DNA from: Gemmatimonadota bacterium
Lineage (GTDB): Bacteria; Gemmatimonadota; Gemmatimonadetes; Palauibacterales; Palauibacteraceae
Length of the DNA: 64,000 bases
Assembly (NCBI GenBank): GCA_965116475.1
Contig: OZ220691.1
Span: 512,001 to 576,000 of the forward strand
Reading direction: 5' to 3'
The notes under the pieces are model-generated. The model searched no databases. It saw only the letters and a list, made by a program, of their open reading frames with translations, and was not told the origin of the DNA. Below are positions 45,157 through 56,200 of this stretch, piece after piece (position 1 is the first letter of the stretch; every line of letters starts with the position of its first letter). The translations under genes were made by a program, and so were the position numbers.

Positions 45157-47875
45157 AGAAATCGTAGCGCAGCCTCACCAGGGCCAACCGCCCCATCTCC
45201 GGCGCCCCGACGAACTCCCGGTGCCGATTGTCGAGCAGGTTGTACACCGTCAGCTCCAGGCGTGCGTTGGGCTGGAAGGGAAGCTGATACGAGGTCGTCA
45301 CGTCCAGGACGTGGTAGGCGTCCACGGGCCCGGCGAACACGCCCGACCGCATGTCGAACCCATCCGAGAAGCGCCAGCGCCCGTCGAGCAGGAATCCCCG
45401 GGCGCGGTCGGTGAACGCGAACCCCAGCGAGCCCTTGTGGCTCGGGGCATTGAGCGCCAGGTCGTCGCTTCCGGGGCAGTCCCCGTCCTCGTCGAAGTCG
45501 AAGCACTCCCTGCTCTGGAAGGAGTAGCCCGCGGTCAGGCTGACCCGGTCGGAGACGATGTACTGGGTGGAGAAGTCGGCGCCCCAGTAGCTGGCCGAGC
45601 CGAAGTTGCGCGAGGCCATCAGCAGGTCCGGCGCGTCGAACTGGTCCGGAGTGACGGCGCCGACCGGAACCGACGCCAGGCCTTCGGCCAGTTCCGCGAT
45701 CTGTTCGGCCGTGACCGCGCCGGCCTCGACGAGCGGCCCGAGACGGCTCGCCAGGAACGCGCCCGTGGAGGCCGGGTCGAGGAAGACGTTGGGCGATTCG
45801 ACCTTCAGCGCGCCGACGAAATTCTCGACGTTGGCGAAGTACACGTCGACGGCCAGCCGCAGGCGGTTCCGGATCAGTCCCTTGTAGCCCGCCTCGATGC
45901 TGTTGAAGACGGTCGGCAGGAGTTCGGGCAGCTCGAGGGGACCCGAGGCGAGCGGGAACGCCTCTCCACCGGCCGGTCCGAGCGCGTCCGTATTGAGACG
46001 CCGGAAGACCGTACCGAGCGCGGGATCGGTGGGCCGCGCTCCGGGTGCCAGCAGGAAGGACCGCAGCGTCGCGGGGGCGAACTGCTCGACCAGCGCGTCC
46101 CAGAACAGCCCGGCGTTGGCGGGGAGCTGGCCCGGGAGGAACGGGGAGCGCATGCAGTGGCCCATGAATCCCCCCTGGCACCGGTCCGAGAAGGTGAGTC
46201 CCCCGGAAGGAACGCCGCGCGCGCGCAGCGTGTATGCGACGCCCGGCGCGATCGGGACCCGGCCGGTCGGGATGTCCAGGAACAGGGCAGACGTCGAGGG
46301 CGTCGCGTACGCCTGGTTGTAGGTCAGCCGCAGGTTGTGGCCCTCTGCGGGACGAAACACGAGCGCGGCCCGCGGCGAGAGGTTGAGTTCCGCCAGGCGG
46401 TTGTGGTGGTCGACGCGCAATGCGGTCACCAGGTCGAACCGGTCGCCGAGACGCGTCTCGGAGTGCAGGTAGGCGCCGGTCTCGACCAGCAGATCGTCGT
46501 CCTCGTTGCGGCCGTAGATCGTGCCCTCGGACCGCGGCTCGGTGCGCTGCCAGTCGAACCCGTAGGTGAAGCGCTGCCGCGGGCCCCAGTCGAACCCGTG
46601 CTGCAACTGGGCCGCCATGGCGCGCGACCGGTCGACGATCAGGTCCCCGGTGCGCAGCAGGTAGCTGTTGTCCCCCGAGTGCGTCTGGTTCACGAAGAAC
46701 TGCGCGAACAGCCGGCCTTTGAGCACCCGCGCCTGCCCGTAGCGGTACTGCCAGTCGTGCGTCTGCGCGGACCCGACGCTGGTCAGGTTGATGCTGCTCA
46801 GCGAGTTGTTGAGACCCCCCGACAGGATGAATTCACCGTCGTCGGAGAACCGGAAGTCGGTGCGGACGTCGGCGAAGTAACGCTCGTTGACCGGGTCGCG
46901 CACACCGATGCGCGGCTGGCCGGGGCTTGCCTCGCGCGCCGCCACCTCCCACGGGTCCACGTACTCCCAGTCGTTCCCCCGCAGGTACTGGCCGGAGACC
47001 TTCAGCCCGAAGCGCTCGGACGCGGCGTGCGCGCTCCGGAAGAGAAGCTGGAAGACGGACCGCTCCCCGCCGCCCATCGAGACCGTCGTGCCCGGCCTGT
47101 CGATCGGCGAGGCCGTGATGATGTGCATGACGCCCTCGGCCGCGTTGGGGCCGTAGAGGGCGGCCCCCGGTCCGCGCGCCAGCTCGATCCTCTCGATGTC
47201 CATGTCGGTGGTGGGGATCATGTTGATGGCGTTGATCCTCAGCGCCGGGATGCGCGCATAACGGTTATCCACGATGCTGAGCAGCCGTCCGGACGAGACG
47301 TTGTTGAATCCCCGCACCACCACGTAGCTCTGCGTCAGTCCCGTCGCGGCGAGGTCGACCCCGGGCAGGGTCTTGATGTGGTCCGCCGGCGTGCGCGCGA
47401 TGATCCTGGACAGTTGCTCGCCCGTCAGGGTCGAGATGGATGCCGGAGCGTCGAGTTCCTTCTCCTCGCGGCGCGACACCGTGACGACGAGCTGGTTGAG
47501 GGCCAGGGCCCGGGAGCGGAGTTCGATGGCCACCGACACCGTGTCTCCCGCCCCGACGCGCACTCCGTCCGTGCGCGACGTCTCGTAGCCGATCCGGGTC
47601 ACGAGGACGGAATGCGTGCCCGGCGGCACCGAGAGGCGGAAGGCGCCCGATTCGTCGGTGGCGACCCGCCCGTCCGACAGCCCGAGCACCCGGACGGCGG
47701 CGGCGCTCACCGGGCTGCCCGTCTCGAGGTCGGTCACCCGCCCCGCAATGCCGGCCTGCTGGGCGAGGAGGTTCAGAGGGCTGAGTACCGCCAGCGCCGC
47801 GAGCACGACGAGCGCGTTCCCGCGCGCTCTCAGCGTCTCCCGACCGCCCGTGTGGTGCTGGTCTCCACGCGTCAT
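45155..47875 (-). CDS. TonB-dependent receptor with carboxypeptidase-regulatory-like N domain
   Basis: IAGRVTD..TG.PV, LVVTVSRR, RIELARGPGAALYG.NA..GV, C-terminal RLRYDF; ATG 47875 overlaps the upstream stop. Confidence 0.92.
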   Translation of the reverse strand: MTRGDQHHTGGRETLRARGNALVVLAALAVLSPLNLLAQQAGIAGRVTDLETGSPVSAAAVRVLGLSDGRVATDESGAFRLSVPPGTHSVLVTRIGYETSRTDGVRVGAGDTVSVAIELRSRALALNQLVVTVSRREEKELDAPASISTLTGEQLSRIIARTPADHIKTLPGVDLAATGLTQSYVVVRGFNNVSSGRLLSIVDNRYARIPALRINAINMIPTTDMDIERIELARGPGAALYGPNAAEGVMHIITASPIDRPGTTVSMGGGERSVFQLLFRSAHAASERFGLKVSGQYLRGNDWEYVDPWEVAAREASPGQPRIGVRDPVNERYFADVRTDFRFSDDGEFILSGGLNNSLSSINLTSVGSAQTHDWQYRYGQARVLKGRLFAQFFVNQTHSGDNSYLLRTGDLIVDRSRAMAAQLQHGFDWGPRQRFTYGFDWQRTEPRSEGTIYGRNEDDDLLVETGAYLHSETRLGDRFDLVTALRVDHHNRLAELNLSPRAALVFRPAEGHNLRLTYNQAYATPSTSALFLDIPTGRVPIAPGVAYTLRARGVPSGGLTFSDRCQGGFMGHCMRSPFLPGQLPANAGLFWDALVEQFAPATLRSFLLAPGARPTDPALGTVFRRLNTDALGPAGGEAFPLASGPLELPELLPTVFNSIEAGYKGLIRNRLRLAVDVYFANVENFVGALKVESPNVFLDPASTGAFLASRLGPLVEAGAVTAEQIAELAEGLASVPVGAVTPDQFDAPDLLMASRNFGSASYWGADFSTQYIVSDRVSLTAGYSFQSRECFDFDEDGDCPGSDDLALNAPSHKGSLGFAFTDRARGFLLDGRWRFSDGFDMRSGVFAGPVDAYHVLDVTTSYQLPFQPNARLELTVYNLLDNRHREFVGAPEMGRLALVRLRYDF

Positions 47876-48645
47876 GGCCAACTCCCTGGCCGCGGCTGCG
47901 ACCGGTTGATGCCGCCGGGGCCGTTTCGGCGGGCGGCGCGTTCGTCTTCCAGGGCGCGCGTCATGCCGCTGGCGATCAGGCCGGCGGGGACCGCGACGAT
48001 TCCCATGCCGCAGATGAGGACAAGGAACGTGAAGATCCTGCCTCCCAGGGTGATCGGGTAGGCGTCGCCGTATCCCACCGTCGTGAGGGTCACGACTGCC
48101 CACCAGAGGCTGTGGAACGCGGACTTGAACTTCTCCGGCTGGGCCTCGTACTCGAAGTAGTGGATGCCCATGGCCGCGATGTAGAGAAGGACGAGGGTCG
48201 CGAACAGGAAGACCAGCGCTTCGTCGCGCGCGTGCTGGACGGCCTTGCCCAGTCGAACCATCGCGGTGCTGTACTGCACCACCCTGAACACGCGGAAGAC
48301 GCGCAGCAGGCGAAGGCCCCGTACCGGGCGGAGATCGATCATGGCGGGCCACAGCAGCGTGACGAAGAACGGGACCACGGCCAGCAGATCCACCACGCCG
48401 TAGAAGCTTCTGACGTAGCCCCACCTGTCTTCCGCCGTCCAGATCCGGAGCGCGTACTCGATCGTGAAGAGGACGATGATCACCGTCTCGACCGTGGCGA
48501 GAATCGTCCTCCACGGGGGCGGCAGGTCGGGGAACGTCGACAGCGACAGCGATACCAGCGAGGCCAGGATCAGCACCAGCACGCACTTGTCGAACAGCCG
48601 GCCGGCCGCCGTATCGGAGTCCTGCACGATGCTTCGGATGTTCAC
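47872..48645 (-). CDS. Voltage-gated-type K+ channel (6TM ion transporter)
   Basis: S4 RGLRLLRVFRVFR; pore SLWWAVVTLTTVGYGD. Confidence 0.92.
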   Translation of the reverse strand: MNIRSIVQDSDTAAGRLFDKCVLVLILASLVSLSLSTFPDLPPPWRTILATVETVIIVLFTIEYALRIWTAEDRWGYVRSFYGVVDLLAVVPFFVTLLWPAMIDLRPVRGLRLLRVFRVFRVVQYSTAMVRLGKAVQHARDEALVFLFATLVLLYIAAMGIHYFEYEAQPEKFKSAFHSLWWAVVTLTTVGYGDAYPITLGGRIFTFLVLICGMGIVAVPAGLIASGMTRALEDERAARRNGPGGINRSQPRPGSWP

Positions 48646-48728
48646 GGGCGAACCTCCCTTCGGACCTATCGGGACGGAAGCTCGAGTCCGGCGCAAGCAG
48701 AATCTAGCGTGGCGTGCGACCTTGCAGC

Positions 48729-48968
48729 ATGGCTACCAGGCAAACACGAAACATCTCGCTTCCACCGCAGCACCGAAGGCTGCTCGAGAATTGGCTCTAT
48801 GAAGGCCTCAGCGACGAGGAGAGGGACCGGGTCCCGCCCGCGCTACTGGAGCGCGTCAGAGCGCACTTCCGCCAACTTGCCGAAACCGCCCTCCGCGAGG
48901 TCGAGGACGGCCGCGTGACGGACGGGCCCGCAGCCATGCAGCGGTTGAGAGAGCGAATCGATCACTGA
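48729..48968 (+). pseudogene. ParD-like antitoxin, probably internally deleted; no ParE partner
   Basis: MATRQTRNISLPP start and EDGRVTDG..AMQRLR tail, but the expected SGRY..ASEVVR core is absent. Confidence 0.45.
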
Positions 48969-48999
48969 CCCGGATCGAACCACTACACGTGCTTGAGCT

Positions 49000-49050
49000 C
49001 AGCCTGAAACGCCGACCTCGGCGAGGCCGGGTGTCAGGTGAATACCGTAT
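49000..49050 (+). repeat. Imperfect-hairpin repeat, copy A (empty IS1111 target-like site), left edge of the defence island
   Basis: 44/51 identities plus a 3-nt indel versus 63462-63515; CCTGA...TCAGG dyad. Confidence 0.85.
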
Positions 49051-49173
49051 CAGAACATCCTCAGGCACTAATGCCGGCGCGACTGGCTGTCGAGCAATTG
49101 CCTTACATTTACATTCCGTTTCATAGTACGATCCCAGACCGTCCCCTGCCCACATCACCTCTCGATAGCAATC

Positions 49174-50043
49174 TCACTTCCGTTGTCTTGACACCTTTAT
49201 CGTTCCGTCCTTCCCCTTGCCTTCTTCTTCGTTTGTATCGGCAGTTTTCCTCTGAAACATCGTACGAAAGCCTGGACCACGCACCCAACTGAATGTGGCC
49301 CCTACGAGCGCACTCGCCACTGCAGCTACCGACGTCGCTAACAATATTGTGGAATCGAAGCTGTCTCTAGCAACTGCATCTCCTACTCCGCCTAGTTCGC
49401 TACTGACGATGGCAACGGTGCCGGCGACCATCGATACTAATCCCGCCGCTGTTACAAGTCGCAAACGCTGAATCCTCGCTCTACGTTCTTCGTATCTCTT
49501 TAGTTGGTTGACCCAGCGCTGGGCCGCAGCACGTTGCGTTTCCTTTCCAAGTATCAGCGCGATCGATTGGAGTCGGTCCGGAGGTGTGTAGTCGTACATA
49601 TCGATGTGAAACATGTTACTCGCCATATCCCAGCGCTTCTCTTCCGCATATGACCGCAGACTGTGTAGCGCCGAGATTACGGCCGTCTTTGGCAATCCGA
49701 GTTTCAGCTTTGCTAGCTCATCTCTAAGGATTAGCAGACTAACCTGAAACTCGGGATCGTCATCTCGATCTTGCTCCAACAGATCCACACATTTATTCAG
49801 GAGTCCATGGAGGCGCGTAAATCGGTGACTCTTAGAGATGTACCTCATCCACAGAATATATGATGCTCTTACAATTCCAACGATTGCAGTCGCTTCAATG
49901 GCAACAACAACGTTTACAGGACCGTCTCGCCATAAACCTAATGTTAGAATATATATTGACGCCAACAACCACGAGACGGCGCGTATGCCGCGGTCCAGTT
50001 TCTCGTCGATCAGACCCGAAAAGTAGTGTTCAAGGAGACTCAT
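49174..50043 (-). CDS. Hypothetical membrane protein (two TM pairs flanking a soluble region)
   Basis: ATG 50043 with GAGG; lower GC; last gene of the co-oriented defence cluster. Confidence 0.6.
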   Translation of the reverse strand: MSLLEHYFSGLIDEKLDRGIRAVSWLLASIYILTLGLWRDGPVNVVVAIEATAIVGIVRASYILWMRYISKSHRFTRLHGLLNKCVDLLEQDRDDDPEFQVSLLILRDELAKLKLGLPKTAVISALHSLRSYAEEKRWDMASNMFHIDMYDYTPPDRLQSIALILGKETQRAAAQRWVNQLKRYEERRARIQRLRLVTAAGLVSMVAGTVAIVSSELGGVGDAVARDSFDSTILLATSVAAVASALVGATFSWVRGPGFRTMFQRKTADTNEEEGKGKDGTIKVSRQRK

Positions 50044-50095
50044 CGGCAAACCTCGTCCGTGTGTGCTTTGAGGGAATCCGCATGCGATGTTGACT

Positions 50096-50962
50096 TCATA
50101 GTTTCCACTCAGGATGGCGAATTGAATCATAGAACTCCACGCATGGAGCCGCGGGAGGGCAAAGCCCCAGTCGCTGCCGCCCACCATCCAATAGGGACGC
50201 CAGCTCGTCATAATACTGCCCTTCGCCGTCCCACGCTTCCGTCGCGTCGGCGGCCAGCAACTCAAGGCGTCGACGATAGGCGTACGAGACCGTGTCTGCT
50301 ACCTGGATGATTGGAGAATGCTCAGATTTGATCGGGAACGGCGTGTTTATGATCTGATTGAAACGGTCGTTGGTGCTCCACTCCTTCCATACCCGTACGT
50401 TGCGGCCCTTACGTCGTCTTGTGATCCTTTTCTGGTACAGGCCGTCGAACCATGGATCGCCTGCGTAAATGGCGTCCGAGAACGCTGGCATAAGGCGTTT
50501 GTTGTCGTCCATCACGACCACGGTGTGCCCCTTGTTGCGAGTGAGGAGTTGCATCTTTTTTTGTACAAGAGACATGGTGAACATAGCAGCTAGGAGCCAA
50601 GGATCTTTGTTCACCGCGGGGAAGTCGGTCGAACAGTCAAGAGCTTCCCGCGTGGCGTCGAAAGACAGTCCAATCCCGAACACCTTGCCACCGTCCGCGA
50701 CCGCTAACCCGCAGATGTCCTGAAGGAATTCCTTGCGATCAACCGCAGATATTCTCCCCCAGGCGCCGCGGCCGTTGATGAACTGACTGGTCTTGAGTTC
50801 GCTCCGTCGATATCCTGGATACCGTGCCAGCATCTCCCGTATCATTTCGCGGACGATGTGCGTCCGGAGGCGCAATTTGGTAGCATCCACCATCACTCCA
50901 CACATGACGAACACGTCACTCTGATCGGTTTGGCCACTCTCATCGACATATAGGAACTTCAT
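50096..50962 (-). CDS. DUF3800 domain protein
   Basis: LYVDESG, ELK, D(D), S.....IQVAD. Confidence 0.85.
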   Translation of the reverse strand: MKFLYVDESGQTDQSDVFVMCGVMVDATKLRLRTHIVREMIREMLARYPGYRRSELKTSQFINGRGAWGRISAVDRKEFLQDICGLAVADGGKVFGIGLSFDATREALDCSTDFPAVNKDPWLLAAMFTMSLVQKKMQLLTRNKGHTVVVMDDNKRLMPAFSDAIYAGDPWFDGLYQKRITRRRKGRNVRVWKEWSTNDRFNQIINTPFPIKSEHSPIIQVADTVSYAYRRRLELLAADATEAWDGEGQYYDELASLLDGGRQRLGLCPPAAPCVEFYDSIRHPEWKL

Positions 50963-51121
50963 CCCCTCCGAACCCTCCTCACTCGGTAGCCAGTCCGATC
51001 TCGCACAGCGAGCGTGCCGGCAGTTCGAGAGGACTCGCTCCGCCCTTCACGCCGCGGGTCGTCGAGCGACCCCAAGCCTCGCCCTTCGCACCCACAGCAT
51101 GGCACCCCTGCGACTCGTCCT

Positions 51122-53212
51122 TCACCTTCCCTCCAGTTCCAGCGCTTGTCGCACCAGTCTCAACGCCGGCCCGACATCTTCTTTACGTCGCAGGTCGACC
51201 AACACACCTCCATCGTACCTCGATCCCACGAGGAATTTCCAACGCCTCGCATCCCGTGCGATCCCGTCATCATCTTCGATCTCGTTGACCTCTGGCGCCA
51301 TTAGCAGCAACAGCCTCCCCACTCGCGGCAGCACCTCCACAAAGAACTCTTGAGCATGATAGCTGATCGACTGACCCTCCGCGATTTCCACGATCACCGA
51401 ATCCAACTGTTTGATCTCCTCTCTCACCACACCAAGCAGTTCTCGAGCGTGGCTATTCATCTTTACCTTCTCGACGCTCCCTCGCTTCGACCGCCTGACG
51501 AGATCCTCATACTTCGCCTTCTCCAGCAGCTCCGGTGCCACCGCCAGGCGCGGCCAAATCGCCAAGGTGCGGCGACACAACGTCACACCCCGCTCTCGCA
51601 TTTGAGCCGCAGTCCACACGTTCTGCTCCCTCACAAACCGATTCAAACGGACCGCACTCTCTGCGAAGCCACCCTTGATTGTCTTTTTCTCCTCGAAGGA
51701 TCGATCCGACATCTCACTGTTATACCCAGTCAATGTCAGGTTCCCGAGCCGGTGCAGCCATTCCTCCTGTATCACCTTCCAATCTGATCCGAGCATCGCT
51801 TGCCAAGCAGTGGGGAGTCGCGCGTTCTGTGGCATAATATGTTCAATCGAATACTCACTCGTATCGGTTACTTCCTTGACATTATGATTCTCCAACCGCT
51901 CCAAGAGGACGCGACAGACTCTCTTCCCGTAGATGTTCTGTTCAAGCAGCTGCGTTTCGAACTCCTGATTTTGCGGAAATCTGTAGTTCTTTGACTGGCG
52001 TGCCAATCCGACCTTGAGGCTGTCCAATGGCCCCGTGTCCTGAATCTGGTGCGCCAATCTAGCGAAGGTACTCCAATAACCTCGGGTCTGGAGTCCGCAG
52101 ATTGCACGGCGAAACACATAGCTTTCCAGCAGATCCAAAGCTTCGATGAACTCCTCAGTTCGCAGTGTCTTGAGTCTCTCGTGACAATCGTAGAGGCGCA
52201 TTACCAGGATCGCAGGAACGTCAACCAACCTCCGGAGCCGACGCAGGGCTGGGCGGAGGTTTTTGTCGATAACGCCTCTACTGAGACTGAAAGCCGCGTA
52301 ATACCGGGCATATCGAAGCATCTCCACCAGCGCCTCCTCCAAGTCGCCAGCTTCTGCGCATAGCGTATCGAAGGCGCGGCGGAACGCATGATAGATCTCG
52401 TCGGCTCGACCCTGTTTCGCCGCCTCAGTCTTAAGGGCCACGTAGTCTCGGAAGAAGCTATTCGATCGGTCGCCATGCCCCTGAAATAGCAATTCGATCT
52501 TGTGCCAGTACTGTTCATACAGTTTCGTTTGCTCTCGCTCCGGGAGCCCCATGAGAACGAAGTTTCGTATTAGATCAGAGGGGCTGAGGTCGACGCCCGT
52601 TGAATTCAAGCTCTCGAATATCGCTTGCGGGTCATCATGCGAGTGCAATCGCACATCCACCACGTCAAGACGCTTGATGCCCCTATAGATTCTCTGTGGA
52701 TCCACTTCCGCCATGCGGCCCTGAAAGTAGCTGTAGTTTTCTCGAATGCGTGCGGACTCGGTTGAGGGGGGTTCGGTCTCATCAAGGATGGCGGTCAAGG
52801 TCTCGTGGTCGTGGCGCCGGAGGACGAGTTTTGGGCGGTCGGGATCCGGCAGTGTGGGGTTACGCAGGAACTGCCTGTCCAGATTATCTCCCGTCAGGTA
52901 AGCGTCCTCATACTCGGACCGCGTTACGAGGTCCCGGAGGGCAGCCGCCATAAGGACCACGGTGGTGAAGCGCTGCTGGCCGTCGATGAGCAGCCATCGT
53001 TGAAGGGACGCCTCGGCGTCGTGCGAAGGAGCGTATACGATCGAGCCAAGAAAATGCCGTGCGTCGGAGGGAGCGTCAGCAACGGCCAAGACATCCTGCC
53101 AGAGTTGTTCGCATTGCTCCGCAGTCCAGCTGTAGTCGCGCTGGAAGACGGGGATGAGGTATTGCCGCTGGCCGTCGATTAGCCTGATCAGAGGGTTATC
53201 AGTGGCTTGCAT
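51122..53212 (-). CDS. GmrSD-like DUF262 + DUF1524 (HNH) protein with C-terminal extension
   Basis: IP.FQRDYSW, LIDGQQR, IFESLNSTG..L...DLIRN, SIEHIMPQ, LGNLTL..YN. Confidence 0.9.
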   Translation of the reverse strand: MQATDNPLIRLIDGQRQYLIPVFQRDYSWTAEQCEQLWQDVLAVADAPSDARHFLGSIVYAPSHDAEASLQRWLLIDGQQRFTTVVLMAAALRDLVTRSEYEDAYLTGDNLDRQFLRNPTLPDPDRPKLVLRRHDHETLTAILDETEPPSTESARIRENYSYFQGRMAEVDPQRIYRGIKRLDVVDVRLHSHDDPQAIFESLNSTGVDLSPSDLIRNFVLMGLPEREQTKLYEQYWHKIELLFQGHGDRSNSFFRDYVALKTEAAKQGRADEIYHAFRRAFDTLCAEAGDLEEALVEMLRYARYYAAFSLSRGVIDKNLRPALRRLRRLVDVPAILVMRLYDCHERLKTLRTEEFIEALDLLESYVFRRAICGLQTRGYWSTFARLAHQIQDTGPLDSLKVGLARQSKNYRFPQNQEFETQLLEQNIYGKRVCRVLLERLENHNVKEVTDTSEYSIEHIMPQNARLPTAWQAMLGSDWKVIQEEWLHRLGNLTLTGYNSEMSDRSFEEKKTIKGGFAESAVRLNRFVREQNVWTAAQMRERGVTLCRRTLAIWPRLAVAPELLEKAKYEDLVRRSKRGSVEKVKMNSHARELLGVVREEIKQLDSVIVEIAEGQSISYHAQEFFVEVLPRVGRLLLLMAPEVNEIEDDDGIARDARRWKFLVGSRYDGGVLVDLRRKEDVGPALRLVRQALELEGR

Positions 53213-53267
53213 GAGGGCTCCGGTCGTTGCAGTGCATTAGCGGGCCGAAGGAAAGGCCGTTGCCATG

Positions 53268-56200
53268 CTAGGTTGGGGTTCGCCGGTATGCGAGGGCAAA
53301 CACAGTATCGCCGAGCCAGCGCTTGAAGTCGGTGTTGTCTACGAACTGCTTGAACAGCTCGGTGTCGTCCTTCATGATGCTCGTCATCACGCGGGCGAGA
53401 GCGCGGTCGTGCTCGATTCGGGCGTTCTCGCGGTCCGAGTTCTCCCGGGCGTTCTTGAAGGCCGGGTCCTGCGCCACCTTGGCCGGGATCGTCTCGGTGA
53501 TCATCTCTTGGACGCGGTCATCGTGCTCCCACTCGATCGCGCCGAACAGGTCGTTGAACTCGTCGATGATCCGGGACAGGCGGTCGATCTCGGGGTCGGG
53601 GCGCCCTCCCCCGTTGACGCCGGGCACCGGCTCGATTTCGGCGTCCTCGTCGGGGAGGATGATCTTCTGCATCGCTTTCTTCTCGACGCGGTAGCTGTCC
53701 ATGTCGATCGTTTCGAGGATGCCCTTCGAGAGGTCCTCCTCCGCGGGCGCCGGCAGCTTCGGGATCAGGAAGTTCAGGAAGATCGAGCGCTCTTCCCAGC
53801 CGGGGTTGCTGTAGGGGAGGATCGAAGACAGGAAGCCGTAGGTCCGCACGAAGCCGCGGGCCTTGCTCTTGAACGCGACCTGTTCGTCTTCGTCCAGGTC
53901 CTCGATGTACACGGCGACGCACTGGTCCAGGATGGGATCGAGTTGGTCGCGGTCCGCTCCGTCCAGATAGCCCTTCACGAACGCCGTGACCTGCTCCAGC
54001 CGGTACACGTGGGCGGCGTCCAGATCCGCCTGGAGGTCGTGGAGCTTGTTGGGGTCCGTCTCGTCGGCCAGGACCGTCGCGCGGTAGTAGTCGGCGAAGG
54101 CCTCGGTGATCGTGTCCGTGTCGTTCAGGAAGTCCAGCACGAACACGTCGTGCTTCTTGGGGTGCGACCGGTTGAGTCGCGACAGGGTCTGGACCGCCTT
54201 GATCCCGGAGAGCGTCTTGTCGACGTACATGGTGTGGAGCAGCGGCTCGTCGTAGCCGGTCTGGAACTTGTCCGCGCAGATGAGGAAGCGGTACGGGTCC
54301 TCCTGGAAGGTCTCGGCGATCTTGCTCGGCGGGAAGCCGTTCAGCGTGGCCTCGCTCACCTTTTTCCCGCCGTACTCGTGTTCGCCCGAGAAGGCGACGA
54401 TCGCCCCGTAGCGGCTCTTCCGCTCCTCCAGGTAGTCGCGGATGGCGTGGAAATACTGGATCGCGCGCTCGATCCCGTTGGTCACGACCATCGCGCGCGC
54501 CTTGCCGTCGATCTTGTGCTGGGCCAGCACCTGTTCGTGGAAGTGGTCGACCATGATCTCGGCCTTGAGGCGGATCGCATGGTCGTGTCCCTCGACGTAG
54601 CGGCGGAGCTTCTTGCGGGCCTTCCGGACGTCGAACTCCGGGTCGTCCTCCACCGTCTTGGCGAGCTTGTAGTAGCTCTTGACCGGCGTGTAGTGCCGGA
54701 GCACGTCCAGGATGAAGCCCTCCTCGATCGCCTGCTTCATGCTGTAGGTGTGGAAGGCGCGGTGCCGGACGGTCCCGTCGCTCTGCGGATCCGGCTCGCC
54801 GAAGATCTCGAGCGTCTTGTTCTTCGGCGTGGCGGTGAAGGCGAAGTAGCTGGCGTTGGGGAGCAGCTTCCGCGACTCGATCAGACGGTTGATCTGGTCC
54901 TCGTACGTCTCCTCCTCCTCCGCTTCGCCCGCCTCGCCCAGCGCGCTCGCCATGGCTGCGCTGGTCTTCCCTCCCTGACTCGAGTGCGCCTCGTCGATGA
55001 TGATCGCGAAGGTGCGCCCGCGCTGCTCGTTGCCGATCTCGTCGAGAATGAAGGGGAACTTCTGGATCGTCGAGATGATGATCTTCTTCCCCTGCTCGAT
55101 GAACGTGCGCAGATCGCCCGACTTCTCGGCGTGCCCCACCGTCGAGCTCACCTGCGCGTACTTCCTGATCGTGTCGCGGATCTGCCGGTCGAGGATGCGG
55201 CGGTCGGTGACGACGATGATCGAGTCGAACACGGGCGCGCCGTCCTTCTCCAGCCGGATCATCTGGTGCGCCAGCCAGGCGATCGAGAAGCTCTTGCCGC
55301 TGCCGGCGGAGTGCTGGATCAGGTAGCGGCTTCCCGCCCCGTGCTCGCCGGCGTGGGCCAGCAGTTGGCGCACGACGTCGAGCTGGTGGTAGCGCGGCCA
55401 GATCTGGACTCGCTTCTTCCTCCCCGTCTTTCGGTCCTTTGACGCCACGACCTGCGCATAGTTTTCAAGCATGTTGGTCAGGCTCTCCCGGGCCAGCACC
55501 CGACGCCACAGGTAGTCCGTGGCGAGCCCGTGGGGGTTGGGAGGATTCCCCGCCCCGTCGTTCCAGCCGCGGTTGAACGACAGGAACCAGGAGGCCTTCC
55601 CCTTCAGGTGCGTGCAGAAGTGGATCTCGTTCTCGTCGACCGCGAAGTGCGCCAAGCAGCGCCCCAACCGGAACAGCGGCTCGCGCTGACTACGGTCCCG
55701 CCGGTACTGCCGCATCGCGTCGCTGACCGTTTGTTTCGTCAGGCGGTTCTTGAGTTCGAACGTGAAGACCGGGAGGCCGTTGATGAAGAGTCCGATGTCG
55801 AGAGACCGCTGGGTCTCGTCGCGGCTGTACCGAAGCTGGCGCGTGACCGTGAAGCGGTTCTGCTCGAAGCGCTGCCTGGCCTTGACGTTTTCGGCCGAGG
55901 GCGTGCCGTAGAAGAGGTCGAGGTCGTGCGGGCCGTGCTTGATGCCGTTGCGGAGGACATCGATGGTGCCGCGCTTGTTGATCTCGCCTTGGAGCCGGGC
56001 AAGGAACTTGCGGCGGGTGGGGCCGTCTTCCGTGAGACGGAGGGCGGCGGCGGCTTCAGGTTGCGTGATGTAGAGGAAAGTGCGGAGTTGAACGAGGTCG
56101 ACGCAGTACTCGCGGTTGTAGTCGTGATGGTTACCTTGAGACCAACCTACGCCGCCATGGCGTGCGGGCGGTTCTCGTACGGTCGGTCCTGACGGAGGAT

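Noticed and set aside
57-48600. Many long alternative-frame or antisense ORFs (e.g. 2871-4487+, 7282-9036+, 19699-22185-, 42921-46181-, 45221-48061+)
   Set aside because: Shadow ORFs typical of high-GC DNA; they overlap well-supported genes and have Arg/Pro/Gly-rich sequence with no motifs.
23580-48696. ORF-track starts at 26117, 40832, 42849, 48586 and 48696 (similarly 2898, 11272 and 13288)
   Set aside because: These extensions overlap neighbouring genes or ignore better RBS/overlap starts; shorter starts were used.
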